Assembly (NCBI GenBank): GCA_963677895.2
Contig: CAXXGJ010000006.1
Location: 288,001-352,000 of the forward strand
DNA from: Treponemataceae bacterium
GTDB taxonomy: Bacteria > Spirochaetota > Spirochaetia > Treponematales > Rectinemataceae
Reading direction: 5' to 3'
Length of the DNA: 64,000 bases
The notes under the pieces are model-generated. The model did not search any database, had not been told where the DNA came from, and saw nothing but the letters and a program-made list of their open reading frames with translations. The stretch's first letter is position 1. Every line of letters starts with the position of its first letter. The position numbers and the translations under genes were made by a program. Shown here piece after piece: positions 1 to 9,917 of the stretch.

Positions 1-11
1 TCGTTCGACTG

Positions 12-293
12 CTATCGCACAAACTTATCGACCGCGTCCTTGAGAGAGTTAAGGAGTTCATCCTTATCCGGCGAATCCGAATCAAACGCATCGCGGATGC
101 AATGATCCACATGATCGTTGAGAAGTATCTTCCCAACATTATTCAAAGCCGACCTGACCGCGGCTATTTGGATCAAGACTTCCGAACAGTCGCGGTTTTC
201 GTCGATCATGGTCTTTATGGATTCAGCGTGCCCAATGATCCTCGACATCCTGACTTTGAGAGCATGTTTAGATTCATGGTCATGTACATGCAT
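12..293 (-). CDS. CsoR/RcnR-family metal-sensing repressor, InrS/NcrB-like (probably nickel)
   Basis: RMSRIIGH..RDCSEVLIQIAAVRSAL..DHVDHC; His-rich N-terminus MHVHDH gives an H-C-H-C fingerprint. Start moved to the ATG at 293. Confidence 0.85.
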   Translation of the reverse strand: MHVHDHESKHALKVRMSRIIGHAESIKTMIDENRDCSEVLIQIAAVRSALNNVGKILLNDHVDHCIRDAFDSDSPDKDELLNSLKDAVDKFVR

Positions 294-461
294 AATTACC
301 CCGCCATCGAACGGTGATTGTCGTAATCTTCCTTGGGGAATTTTACAGAATAATATAGCATATTTTATGGTTTTACACAACGTAGATAAGGGCGTATCGT
401 ACGCATGACTCGTGAACCGCTGGTTCCGGTTCAGCGGACGATTCGCCTAATGTTGCGCGCT

Positions 462-1160
462 TCAGCCCTTCGGTCGGTCCGTGATGCCGGCTGTCGCCTT
501 CGTTTTTATGAGAACGGCGCCAAGCCATGCGAACCACGCGATCAGCATCAGCCCGAACGCGATGGAGGCGTCGCGCAAGGGCGGGAAGACCGAGGCGAGG
601 CCGGCCGCCCCGACGACGACGCCGAACCAGCCGAGGAGTTTCGGCAGCGCGCCGCTTCGCAGAGCCACGACGCTCACCAGAAGTATCCACAAGCCGCCGA
701 GGATCTCGCCGCCGGCGCCGCCAAGCGCCTGCGCGACGGACTCGATCGCCAGCCACGACATTTGAGCCTGTGTCGGGTCCGCTGCGGTCAATCCCGCGAT
801 CGTCGTCATGCCGTAGTTGAAAATCATGCCGCTCGCGACGAGCGCGAACGACCACAGCAGGCCGATGGCGGTGGCGGCGCGCATCGTGGCGGGCGCGCGA
901 GCCTTCATTCTGTCGTACAGCGCGAAGGCCAGCACGCCGAGCGCGATTCCGTAGAATACATACGTGACGAGGTACATAGCGTACATGCTCGCGTAGTTGG
1001 CGACGATGAGCGCGACCTTTTCCGCGGCGGTCCGCGCGCCCATGTAGTCGACCACGAGCAGGAAGTACGGCATCGCCGCGAGCAGGGCGAGCGCGATATA
1101 GATCGCCGCCGCGCCTCCGGCCATCTGTCGCTTGGCTTCATCGCGGGTCAGTGTGTTCAT
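462..1160 (-). CDS. DUF4386-like multi-pass membrane protein
   Basis: 232 aa, about 6 hydrophobic helices, GGAGGEILGGLW motif; GGGAG RBS; divergent from a TetR gene. Confidence 0.7.
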   Translation of the reverse strand: MNTLTRDEAKRQMAGGAAAIYIALALLAAMPYFLLVVDYMGARTAAEKVALIVANYASMYAMYLVTYVFYGIALGVLAFALYDRMKARAPATMRAATAIGLLWSFALVASGMIFNYGMTTIAGLTAADPTQAQMSWLAIESVAQALGGAGGEILGGLWILLVSVVALRSGALPKLLGWFGVVVGAAGLASVFPPLRDASIAFGLMLIAWFAWLGAVLIKTKATAGITDRPKG

Positions 1161-1205
1161 GATAATCTCCCTTTGGCAGGCCGCGGCGCTTGCGTGCCAC
1201 GGCTG

Positions 1206-1266
1206 TTGACGATATACTTACTAAGTAAGCAACGGAAGTGTTGCACTTACTTAGTAAGTGTGTCAA
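1206..1266. promoter_or_regulatory. Divergent promoter region with two palindromic TetR-type operators
   Basis: CTTACT-A-AGTAAG (1217-1229) and CACTTACT-T-AGTAAGTG (1244-1260), flanked by TTGACG (+, 1206) and TTGACA (-, 1261-1266). Confidence 0.8.
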
Positions 1267-1281
1267 GCCATTGGAGTGAAA

Positions 1282-1962
1282 ATGGTCGAGAAGATTCGCG
1301 GGGGTAGAAAGACGACCGCGCCGCGTTTACCATTGAGTCGAAATCAAGTCCTCGCCGCGGCGGCGGAGATCGCCGACGAACGCGGGATCGGCGCGGTAAC
1401 CATGCGCGAGGTGGCGTCGAGGCTAGGCGTGGAAGCGATGTCGCTCTACAACCATGTCGCGAACAAGGACGATATTCTCGATGGCATGGTCGACCTCGTG
1501 ATCGAGCATGTCGAGCTCCCCTCCGACGTCATTGGCTGGCGCGAGGCGATGCGACGCCGGGCGGTCTCCGCTCACGAGGTTTTCGGCCGGCACCCATGGG
1601 TGCCGCAGCTTCTCGACTCGCGCGAGACAAGCGGTCCGTCAAGAATGCTCTACCTCGACTGGGTGCTTGGGACGCTGGTGACGGCGGGGTTTCCGCTGGA
1701 AGACGCGGCTCGCGCCTTCTCCCTGCTCGACAGTTATATCTACGGCTTCGGCATCCAGCAATTCAACATGTCGGCCGACACCGATGCCTCGCCCGAGAAG
1801 ATGGCCCAAGCGATTCTGGCGTCGATACCCGTCGAGAAGTACCCCTACCTGTATCGGATGGCTTCGCACGCGATGCAATCGGGCTACGACGCCGAAGCCG
1901 ACTTCAACTTCGGGCTGGAGCTCATCCTCGACGGGCTGGAACGGATCCCCCGTCGAGCCTAG
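1282..1962 (+). CDS. TetR/AcrR-family regulator with TetR_C domain
   Basis: HTH AVTMREVASRLGVEAMSLYNHVANKDDIL; C-terminal FNFGLELILDGL; GGAG RBS before the ATG at 1282. Confidence 0.92.
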   Translation: MVEKIRGGRKTTAPRLPLSRNQVLAAAAEIADERGIGAVTMREVASRLGVEAMSLYNHVANKDDILDGMVDLVIEHVELPSDVIGWREAMRRRAVSAHEVFGRHPWVPQLLDSRETSGPSRMLYLDWVLGTLVTAGFPLEDAARAFSLLDSYIYGFGIQQFNMSADTDASPEKMAQAILASIPVEKYPYLYRMASHAMQSGYDAEADFNFGLELILDGLERIPRRA

Positions 1963-2111
1963 AACGCCCCGTTAGCCTTCTGGATCAGCGCGATTATAAC
2001 GACGCCAACCACGAATACGATAGCGACAATCGCCGTGATGATTTTTTCGCGCTTCGAAGGTCCTTTGGGCTGCGTGTTTGGATTCTGCGCGTTAGTTTTC
2101 TTTTCTTCCAT
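1959..2111 (-). CDS. Small single-pass membrane protein, 50 aa, absent from the ORF track
   Basis: Hand translation MEEKKTNAQNPNTQPKGPSKREKIITAIVAIVFVVGVVIIALIQKANGAF*; GGAGG 11 nt upstream; its stop overlaps the TetR stop in CTAG. Confidence 0.7.
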   Translation of the reverse strand: MEEKKTNAQNPNTQPKGPSKREKIITAIVAIVFVVGVVIIALIQKANGAF

Positions 2112-2282
2112 AATCTTTCATTCCTCCATGATTTAATGAATCGCTCGAACTCAACCGACCTTGCCCGGATTCGCCCGGACAAACCGATTTGATCTGTTGA
2201 GTAAATTGAAAAAGCCTTTGTTAAAATGCTCGTACAGGAATGTTAAGATGTGCTTGGCCGCCAGCGGGCTCCTTCTAGCGGC

Positions 2283-2324
2283 AAAATAAAAAGCCGCCAT
2301 TCAACTTTGAAGTTGAATGGCGGC
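2283..2324 (-). terminator. Intrinsic terminator inside a 5' leader
   Basis: Perfect 15-nt inverted repeat GCCGCCATTCAACTT/AAGTTGAATGGCGGC followed on the minus strand by TTTTTATTTT. Confidence 0.85.
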
Positions 2325-2398
2325 CCGACCATTCTAAAACCTCCAGCCATGGATGGCTGAACCCTTTTAGGCGGCGAAATCGGTTCTCGCCGCTCAGT
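2318..2398 (-). ncRNA. Candidate riboswitch aptamer or structured leader
   Basis: Hairpins GCGGCGA/TCGCCGC and CAGCCA/TGGCTG, then GGTCGGGCCGCCA, which overlaps the terminator 5' arm. Lies between a promoter and a terminator. Confidence 0.5.
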
Positions 2399-2404
2399 TA
2401 TTAC

Positions 2405-2433
2405 ATTTTACCACCTCTATCCTGAGTAATCAA
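2405..2433 (-). promoter_or_regulatory. Sigma70-type promoter
   Basis: TTGATT-17 nt-TAAAAT with an extended -10 TG on the minus strand. Confidence 0.7.
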
Positions 2434-2499
2434 GAAGAAATTTGAAGACGATTAATCGAGGTATTGCATATAACTGTTCTGTCCCGATGCTTAACCGGC

Positions 2500-2997
2500 T
2501 CAGATCTTGAATAGGACCCCTATATACGAAGCCCTGAGGCCTGATTCGAGGTTGATGGCGACGTTATTGGATAGATAGTAGCTCAAGCCGCCGATGGTGT
2601 CGAAACCGACTCCGGGGAATACCGTGAGTCCCAAGCCCAAGTATGAATCGAAGTTTCCGATCCAGGAAAGTTCTCTGGGGAAATTCAGGGCGCCCCAGCT
2701 GAAATGGAGCGTGCCGAAAGCGCCGACTGACAGGGCTACGCTGCTTGCCAAGTCGAGTCCGACGCGGCCCGCGATTCCGTAGGTGAAGGGCAGCTTTTCC
2801 GCGATGACGAATTTTCCTATGGCGTATTCCACGCCTCCGCCGAGTCCGAAACCGCTGCCATAGTGCAGGCCAAGGCCTATGTTCGCGTTGAGCGAACCGG
2901 GGGCGACAAGCATGCCGTTTTTCGCGTATGAATCCCCGAACGCGAATCCGGAAAATATGACGAGCGCTGCCAGAAGAAATGCGATTCTCTTATTCAT
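2500..2997 (-). CDS. Exported protein, probable small outer-membrane beta-barrel
   Basis: Signal peptide MNKRIAFLLAALVIFSGFAFG; alternating Gly/aromatic strands; ends YIGVLFKI; GGAGG RBS. Confidence 0.65.
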   Translation of the reverse strand: MNKRIAFLLAALVIFSGFAFGDSYAKNGMLVAPGSLNANIGLGLHYGSGFGLGGGVEYAIGKFVIAEKLPFTYGIAGRVGLDLASSVALSVGAFGTLHFSWGALNFPRELSWIGNFDSYLGLGLTVFPGVGFDTIGGLSYYLSNNVAINLESGLRASYIGVLFKI

Positions 2998-3162
2998 AAA
3001 AACCTCCCAAGGTTTATTCGGCGAAGAGCGTCCTTTAATAGTACGTGGCCGGCATGTCTTGGTCTGTGCGGCACCACACATAGCGGCCTGAAACCACATA
3101 TCATATTATTCAACTGGAACGAGGTTGGTTGCGCGCGGTAGCGCAGAAAGCTTCGAACGGGT

Positions 3163-4332
3163 ATGATTGCCACCATGCCCGCCAAAGACAGGATACGCTA
3201 CTCGGAGATTGGGGTTCTGACCGTCTCGCACATGCTCAACGATCTCTATAGCAATTATCTTCCACAAATGCTGCCTTTTCTCATGGCTTCCCTGCAGGGG
3301 TTCACGGTGACGAAGGCGGCTATCCTGACCGCTTCCTTCTCGATCACTTCATCGATCGTGCAGCCTGTGTTCGGCTATTTTGTCGATAATCTGGGCAGGA
3401 GATGGCTTGTTCATGTGGGAACCCTCTGGATGGCGGTGATGTTGAGCCTTACTGGTATCGTGGACAGCTACTGGATGCTCGTGGCGCTCTCTTCGCTCGC
3501 CGGGCTGGGAACGGCCGCTTTCCACCCCCAGGCGGCGTCCATGATGAATGTGCTCGGCGGCAAGCACAAGGCCGTGCTTTTTTCCATTTTTGTCGCTTTC
3601 GGCAATATCGGCTTCGCGTTCGGGCCTTTGCTCCTCGTTCCCCTCTTTCAGGCTCTTGGCCTTAGGGCGACCTTGTTCACGGTGGCGCCTGGCATCGTCG
3701 TGGCTCTTCTCCTTTTCTTTTTCGCGCCTCAGATTCAGGTCTCCGCCAAAGCCATTCCCTCGCTCCGGAATGTGCTGACATCGATTCGGGCTTCATCGAG
3801 ACAGCTTATCCCCCTCGTAGCCGTCATAGCGGTGCGTTCGCTGGCCTATACGGGCATGCTGACGCTTTTGCCCCTGTACTTCGCGGAAAAGCAGCTGAGC
3901 AAGATCGCGGCCAGTCACCTCGTGACTATAATGCTTTTTTCCGGAGCCATCGGCGGAATACTCGAAGGCTTCATTTCGGATCGCTTCGGTCGAAAGCCTC
4001 TTATCGTCGCGTCGCTCATGATTTCGACACCCTTCTTTTTCGCTTTTCTCGCCACGCAGGGCATCTGGTCCGTCATATTCCTGGCGCTGGCCGGGGCGAG
4101 CCTCCTCTCCAGTTTTTCGGTGACGGTAGTGGCCGCGCAGGAAGCCATTCCCGAAAACAAGGCTCTCGCGGCCGGCATATCGATGGGACTCGCGGGCGGG
4201 CTTGGGAGCATGGCGGTGATCTTCATAGGAAGGCTCGGCGACGTGTGGGGATTGACTCAGGCGGTATTCGTTCTCTTTTCCCTGCCGGTCGTAGCCGGCC
4301 TCATAGGGTTGTCGATGCGCAAGCAACCATGA
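3163..4332 (+). CDS. MFS transporter, Fsr (fosmidomycin resistance)-like
   Basis: SHMLNDLY, QPVFGYFVD, AAFHPQA and SDRFGRK motifs; about 12 TM helices. Confidence 0.88.
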   Translation: MIATMPAKDRIRYSEIGVLTVSHMLNDLYSNYLPQMLPFLMASLQGFTVTKAAILTASFSITSSIVQPVFGYFVDNLGRRWLVHVGTLWMAVMLSLTGIVDSYWMLVALSSLAGLGTAAFHPQAASMMNVLGGKHKAVLFSIFVAFGNIGFAFGPLLLVPLFQALGLRATLFTVAPGIVVALLLFFFAPQIQVSAKAIPSLRNVLTSIRASSRQLIPLVAVIAVRSLAYTGMLTLLPLYFAEKQLSKIAASHLVTIMLFSGAIGGILEGFISDRFGRKPLIVASLMISTPFFFAFLATQGIWSVIFLALAGASLLSSFSVTVVAAQEAIPENKALAAGISMGLAGGLGSMAVIFIGRLGDVWGLTQAVFVLFSLPVVAGLIGLSMRKQP

Positions 4333-4488
4333 AAGCTGAACAAAGCTTACCTATGTCGCGATGGGTGGCGTGACTCGCCGAAAAATCTGGGGGTGGTTCA
4401 TTTTTCATCTTGAAATCTTATAGTCTGGGTATAGAATGCTCCCGTCATTTATTTGAAAAACAATTCATACTCGCTAGTGAGGCAAACG

Positions 4489-5505
4489 ATGAAGATAAAA
4501 ATAGCGGTCGGCTTTCTTTGCTGCTTTGCGCTCTTATTGTTTGGATGCGGGAATCCTGTCATCACCTATTCGATTACCTATGACAGCAATGGCAGCACTT
4601 CAGGCACCGTGCCCCTCGATGCGAACCTGTACGCGAACGGACAGACGGCCACCGTTTTGGGCAATACCGGCGGCCTTGTCAAAAGTACCTACAAATTTTC
4701 CGGATGGAATACCGAACCGGACGGAAGCGGAACGAGGAAGCTTTCCGGCGCGGCCCTCAGGATGGGCTCGTCCAACGTCATTCTTTATGCTCAGTGGACG
4801 ACCCAAACAACTTACTCGGTGATATACGACGGGAACGGACAGACGGGCGGCTCGGCGCCAGAGGATTCGAACGACTATCTGTCCGGCGCCGCGGTGACAG
4901 TGTTGGGGAATACGGGAACTCTCGTCAGGACGGGGTATGTTTTTGCCGGATGGAATACCCGGGTCGACGGAACGGGATCCACCCGTGTCGCGGGAACCAG
5001 CTTTGCGATTCTTCCGGAAAATGTCGTGCTCTATGCCCAATGGCGTCCCTATATGGTTGGCGACGTCGGACCGGCGGGCGGCCTCGTTTTTTACGATAAA
5101 GGCTCCTATTCCGATGGATGGCGTTATCTTGAGGCTGCACCTTCGGATCAAAGCATGGGGGCAGACGGGGGAAGGTCCGAAGGCGGGGTTACTGGCAGCG
5201 CTATCGGATTGGGCAAAGTGAATACATATTATCTTCTATCCTTGCGGATCGTTCCGGAAGGCGCGAGCCTGTGTTCACGCCTGGCTTCAGGCGGGTTTGA
5301 CGATTGGTTCCTGCCTTCGCTGGACGAGCTGAATTTGATGTTCAGAAATTTGCATCTCAATGGTCTCGGCAATTTTGGATTATACTGGTATTGGAGTTCG
5401 ACCGAACCCAATATCAGCCCGCTTTACGCCATCAACTTCAAGTCCGGAGAGCAAGCATCATATCAGGGGATCACGTGTCACGTGCGGGCGGCCAGGTCTT
5501 TTTAG
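4489..5505 (+). CDS. Lipoprotein with two InlB B-repeat (Flg_new) domains and a C-terminal DUF1566/CLec-like domain
   Basis: Lipobox LLFG-C; two YD.NG...F.GWNT..DG.G...LYAQW repeats; GPAGGLVFYDKG, DWFLPSLDEL, YWSSTE and VRAARSF motifs. Confidence 0.85.
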   Translation: MKIKIAVGFLCCFALLLFGCGNPVITYSITYDSNGSTSGTVPLDANLYANGQTATVLGNTGGLVKSTYKFSGWNTEPDGSGTRKLSGAALRMGSSNVILYAQWTTQTTYSVIYDGNGQTGGSAPEDSNDYLSGAAVTVLGNTGTLVRTGYVFAGWNTRVDGTGSTRVAGTSFAILPENVVLYAQWRPYMVGDVGPAGGLVFYDKGSYSDGWRYLEAAPSDQSMGADGGRSEGGVTGSAIGLGKVNTYYLLSLRIVPEGASLCSRLASGGFDDWFLPSLDELNLMFRNLHLNGLGNFGLYWYWSSTEPNISPLYAINFKSGEQASYQGITCHVRAARSF

Positions 5506-5620
5506 CGGCGAAAGAACCTCAGGGACTCCCTCCTGTATGCATAGGTTTGGCCCCTAATACTCTCGAAGATCTTTTCTTCTGATCGATTCGAAAAAAAATT
5601 GAAAAAATTCTCGACAGCTA

Positions 5621-5651
5621 TTGACCTGGAGTTAACTCCAGAGTGTAGCTT
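5621..5651 (+). promoter_or_regulatory. MerR-type promoter with operator in a 19-bp spacer
   Basis: TTGACC-19 nt-TAGCTT with the perfect palindrome CTGGAGTTAACTCCAG (5626-5641). Confidence 0.88.
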
Positions 5652-5670
5652 CTCTCATGCGAGGTGAAAA

Positions 5671-6949
<1,279 letters not shown>

Positions 6950-7030
6950 CCGGTTTCTTCATAAGGGCGCAGATCGGCATCGTACTATTGGTCGTGGCCC
7001 GACGATACCCGGGCAAGACGGAGAAAGCAT

Positions 7031-7552
7031 ATGAAAAGTTTGATAGCGTACTATTCGCGCGCAGGCAACAATTATGTCGGCGGCGACATCGTGAATCTGC
7101 CTGTAGGGAATACCGAAGTGGCGGCGACGATGATACGGCAGTTGGCGGGCGGCGACATTTTTCGCATCGATACCGTGAAAAAATATCCCGCGGATTATAC
7201 GGAGACGACGAAGATCGCCTGGCAGGAGCTGCGCCAAGATGCGCGACCCGAGCTAACGGACCATGCAGGCGAAATGGATGATTACGATGTGATCTATCTT
7301 GGCTATCCCAACTGGTGGGGCACGATGCCGATGGCGGTATTCACGTTTCTGGAAGAGTACGATTTCTCCGGCAAGACCATCCTTCCATTCTGCACGAATG
7401 AGGGAAGCGGGATGGGACAGAGCGAAGCCGATATCAGGAAGCTCTGCCCCGGTGCCACGGTAAAGAAGGGGCTTCCGATCATTGGAGGAAACGTGAAGAG
7501 GGCGGGAAAGGATATCAAGGCGTGGATCGATGTTAATCGACAGCTTTTATAG
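7031..7552 (+). CDS. Flavodoxin (Flavodoxin_4 type)
   Basis: IAYYSRAG..GNT, LGYPNWWGTMP, PFCTNEGSG. Confidence 0.92.
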   Translation: MKSLIAYYSRAGNNYVGGDIVNLPVGNTEVAATMIRQLAGGDIFRIDTVKKYPADYTETTKIAWQELRQDARPELTDHAGEMDDYDVIYLGYPNWWGTMPMAVFTFLEEYDFSGKTILPFCTNEGSGMGQSEADIRKLCPGATVKKGLPIIGGNVKRAGKDIKAWIDVNRQLL

Positions 7553-7600
7553 TGGAAAAGCGCCGATCGGGCGCCGCCGCAATCCGGCAAAGGAACGGGA

Positions 7601-8467
7601 ATGTCGAAAGTATATATGACGAAGAATATAAGCCCCACGGGCTTGGACAGGATGTATAAGGCCATGGGGCGCGATCTGCCCGGCAAGGTGGCGGTGAAGC
7701 TCAGCACGGGCGAACCCGGTGGTCACCACTTCCTCTCACCGGCGCTTATCAAGGACCTGGTTCAGACGTTGCGCGGCACCATTGTTGAGTGCAATACGGC
7801 TTATGGCGGCCAACGCGCCGAAACGGCCATGCACAGACAGGTGGCGAAAGATCACGGATTCGCCGCCATCGCGCCCGTGGACATAATGGACGAGGAGGGG
7901 GCGATGAGCCTTCCCTTCCCCGACGGAAAAAATATAAAAGAGGATCTTGTCGGTTCGCATTTCGCGAACTATGACTCCTTTCTAGTTCTTTCCCATTTCA
8001 AGGGACATGCGATGGGCGGTTTCGGCGGCGCCGTCAAGAACATATCGATCGGTATCGCCTCGGCCAACGGCAAGAGCTGGATCCACAGCGCCGGCGCGAC
8101 AAAAAGTGGATTCATCGCCGGTCCGCAGGACGCTTTCTTGGAATCCATGGCGGAGGCCGCTGGAGCGGTGATGAACAGGCTGGGCGAGAACATCGCGTAC
8201 ATCAACGTGATGAACCATCTTTCGATCGACTGCGATTGCGATAGCAATCCCGCTCCGCCCGAGATGGACGATATCGGTATTCTCGCTTCCCTTGATCCCG
8301 TCGCACTGGACAGGGCCTGCGTCGATCGGGTATACGCGTCGGATACGAAACGCAGCGCTTCCCTGCGGGAGCGGATCGAGTCCCGGAATGGCATGCACAC
8401 CCTAGATCACGCCGAAGCCCTCGGCTTGGGCAGCCAGAAATACGAACTGGTGATGGTCGATGGTTGA
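7601..8467 (+). CDS. DUF362-domain protein, probably Fe-S binding
   Basis: VAVKLSTGEPG, VECNTAY, SHFKGHAMGGFGGAVKN, DCDC, DPVALDRAC. Confidence 0.88.
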   Translation: MSKVYMTKNISPTGLDRMYKAMGRDLPGKVAVKLSTGEPGGHHFLSPALIKDLVQTLRGTIVECNTAYGGQRAETAMHRQVAKDHGFAAIAPVDIMDEEGAMSLPFPDGKNIKEDLVGSHFANYDSFLVLSHFKGHAMGGFGGAVKNISIGIASANGKSWIHSAGATKSGFIAGPQDAFLESMAEAAGAVMNRLGENIAYINVMNHLSIDCDCDSNPAPPEMDDIGILASLDPVALDRACVDRVYASDTKRSASLRERIESRNGMHTLDHAEALGLGSQKYELVMVDG

Positions 8468-8578
8468 GGCAGCCGGCCGGTAACTCAGAAAACACGGTCG
8501 CTTAGGCTGAAACAATTGTTCGCCGACCGATGCGGAATGGTTTTTTCCCAAGCCGCGTACGGTCGGGGTTCTTCCTGT

Positions 8579-8818
8579 TTACTGCCTTGTGAGGGTGCGC
8601 GAAAGTCCGCCGAAGGTCGCGACGAGGGTCATCGTTGAGTTGTCGGAATTGAAGGTATAAAGATCGCTTTCCGTGGAAAAATCGGACCAGGTGGTGACAA
8701 GAATCGAATCCGAGGTAGTCCAGGTTCCGATCACTGGGTTGATGATAGATCCAAACAGATTGCATCCGGCAAGGACAAGAAGCGCGAGGGTTGCGGCGAC
8801 AAGTAATTTTATCTTATT
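8579..8818 (-). pseudogene. Start-less lipoprotein remnant, 79 codons
   Basis: Hand translation NKIKLLVAATLALLVLAG-CNLFGSIINPVIGTW...RTLTRQ*; an in-frame TAG sits where ATG is expected; no RBS upstream. Confidence 0.6.
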
Positions 8819-9017
8819 CTAATTATATATAAGATAATAAATTAAATAATAATTGTATATAGAAGCTCCGTTTTATATTTTTCCGTGAAACAACCCCGAG
8901 GATTGGATTATGCCCTGTCCTGTCATGGGCGAGGCGTTCTTCCGCGGTCAAGGAAAATCAATGCCATGGCCCGAATAGCGTGATAGAAAGATCCGCAAAC
9001 TGCCGATAAGCAATCAC

Positions 9018-9917
9018 ATGAAGTCATCGATCTCTGTCTTATATTCCGACTCGCTGCTTCTTCTCACCGCGGCGATATGGGGTTTCGCTTTTGTCGCCCA
9101 AAGGGTGGGCATGGACGATCTGGGGCCTTTCGCGTTCAACGCGGTACGCTACGCGATAGGCGCCCTTGTCCTTCTTCCCCTCATCCGGCACAGGAGAAAA
9201 GCAAGGATTAGCGCAGCTCGGTTTTCGTCTGGATCGAGTTCCCGCGGGTTTCTCCCCTTCATCCTCGCCGGCGGCGCCATGTTCATCGGAGCGAGCTTCC
9301 AGCAGGTCGGGCTGGTCACCACGACGGCCGGCAACGCCGCTTTCGTGACGAGTCTTTATGTCGTCATCATTCCCCTCATCGGCTCGCTCTTCGGAAGAAA
9401 AGCGAGGCTCAGGGACTATCTCGCGGCGATCGTGTCGGTGATGGGTCTCTATATCATCACGATCGGCGGCGGCTTCGCCATGGCGCCGGGCGATCTGCTC
9501 GTGCTGGCCGGATCCTTTTTCTGGGCGCTTCACATTCTTGTAATAGGCCGATTCGCCGCCTCGGTCGATCCTGTCGAGCTATCGGCTGGCCAGTTCGCCG
9601 TCTGCGGTCTCTTAAGTTTCGTCGCTTCCCTGATCTTCGAGCCGAACCCTTACGAAGGCGTGTTTTCGGCGGCGATTCCTATTCTCTATGGCGGTCTCTT
9701 GTCCTGCGGCGTGGCATTTACCCTTCAGATAATCGCCCAGCGGACTTCTCCTCCCGCGCATGCGTCCATTATCCTGGCCATGGAAGGTCTCTTCGGCGCG
9801 ATCGGCGGCGTTCTTCTTCTGGGTGAGCCGGCTTCCCTTCGATTTTTCATGGGCGGAGCCCTCATGCTGGCCGCCGCGGTCTTCTCGCAATTACCGATCG
9901 GCAAACCGGGCAAGTGA
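9018..9917 (+). CDS. DMT/EamA-family transporter
   Basis: AIWGFAFVAQR, QQVGLVTTTAGNAAF, AFTLQIIAQ, LLLGE; about 10 TM helices. Confidence 0.92.
   Translation: MKSSISVLYSDSLLLLTAAIWGFAFVAQRVGMDDLGPFAFNAVRYAIGALVLLPLIRHRRKARISAARFSSGSSSRGFLPFILAGGAMFIGASFQQVGLVTTTAGNAAFVTSLYVVIIPLIGSLFGRKARLRDYLAAIVSVMGLYIITIGGGFAMAPGDLLVLAGSFFWALHILVIGRFAASVDPVELSAGQFAVCGLLSFVASLIFEPNPYEGVFSAAIPILYGGLLSCGVAFTLQIIAQRTSPPAHASIILAMEGLFGAIGGVLLLGEPASLRFFMGGALMLAAAVFSQLPIGKPGK

Noticed and set aside
385..398. GATAAGGGCGTATC as a CsoR/InrS operator
   Set aside because: Only 4-bp arms; could arise by chance.
1994..2182. 62-aa ORF from the track
   Set aside because: No RBS or features; the 50-aa frame (1959-2111) has an RBS and a TM helix.
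5506..5600. DGR template repeat or IMH hairpin after the DUF1566 gene
   Set aside because: No AAC-rich copy of the gene end, and only a 4-5 bp stem (AGGGACTCCCT).
8502..8765. 87-aa ORF from the track
   Set aside because: No recognisable features; a different frame on the same strand encodes a clear lipoprotein signal.
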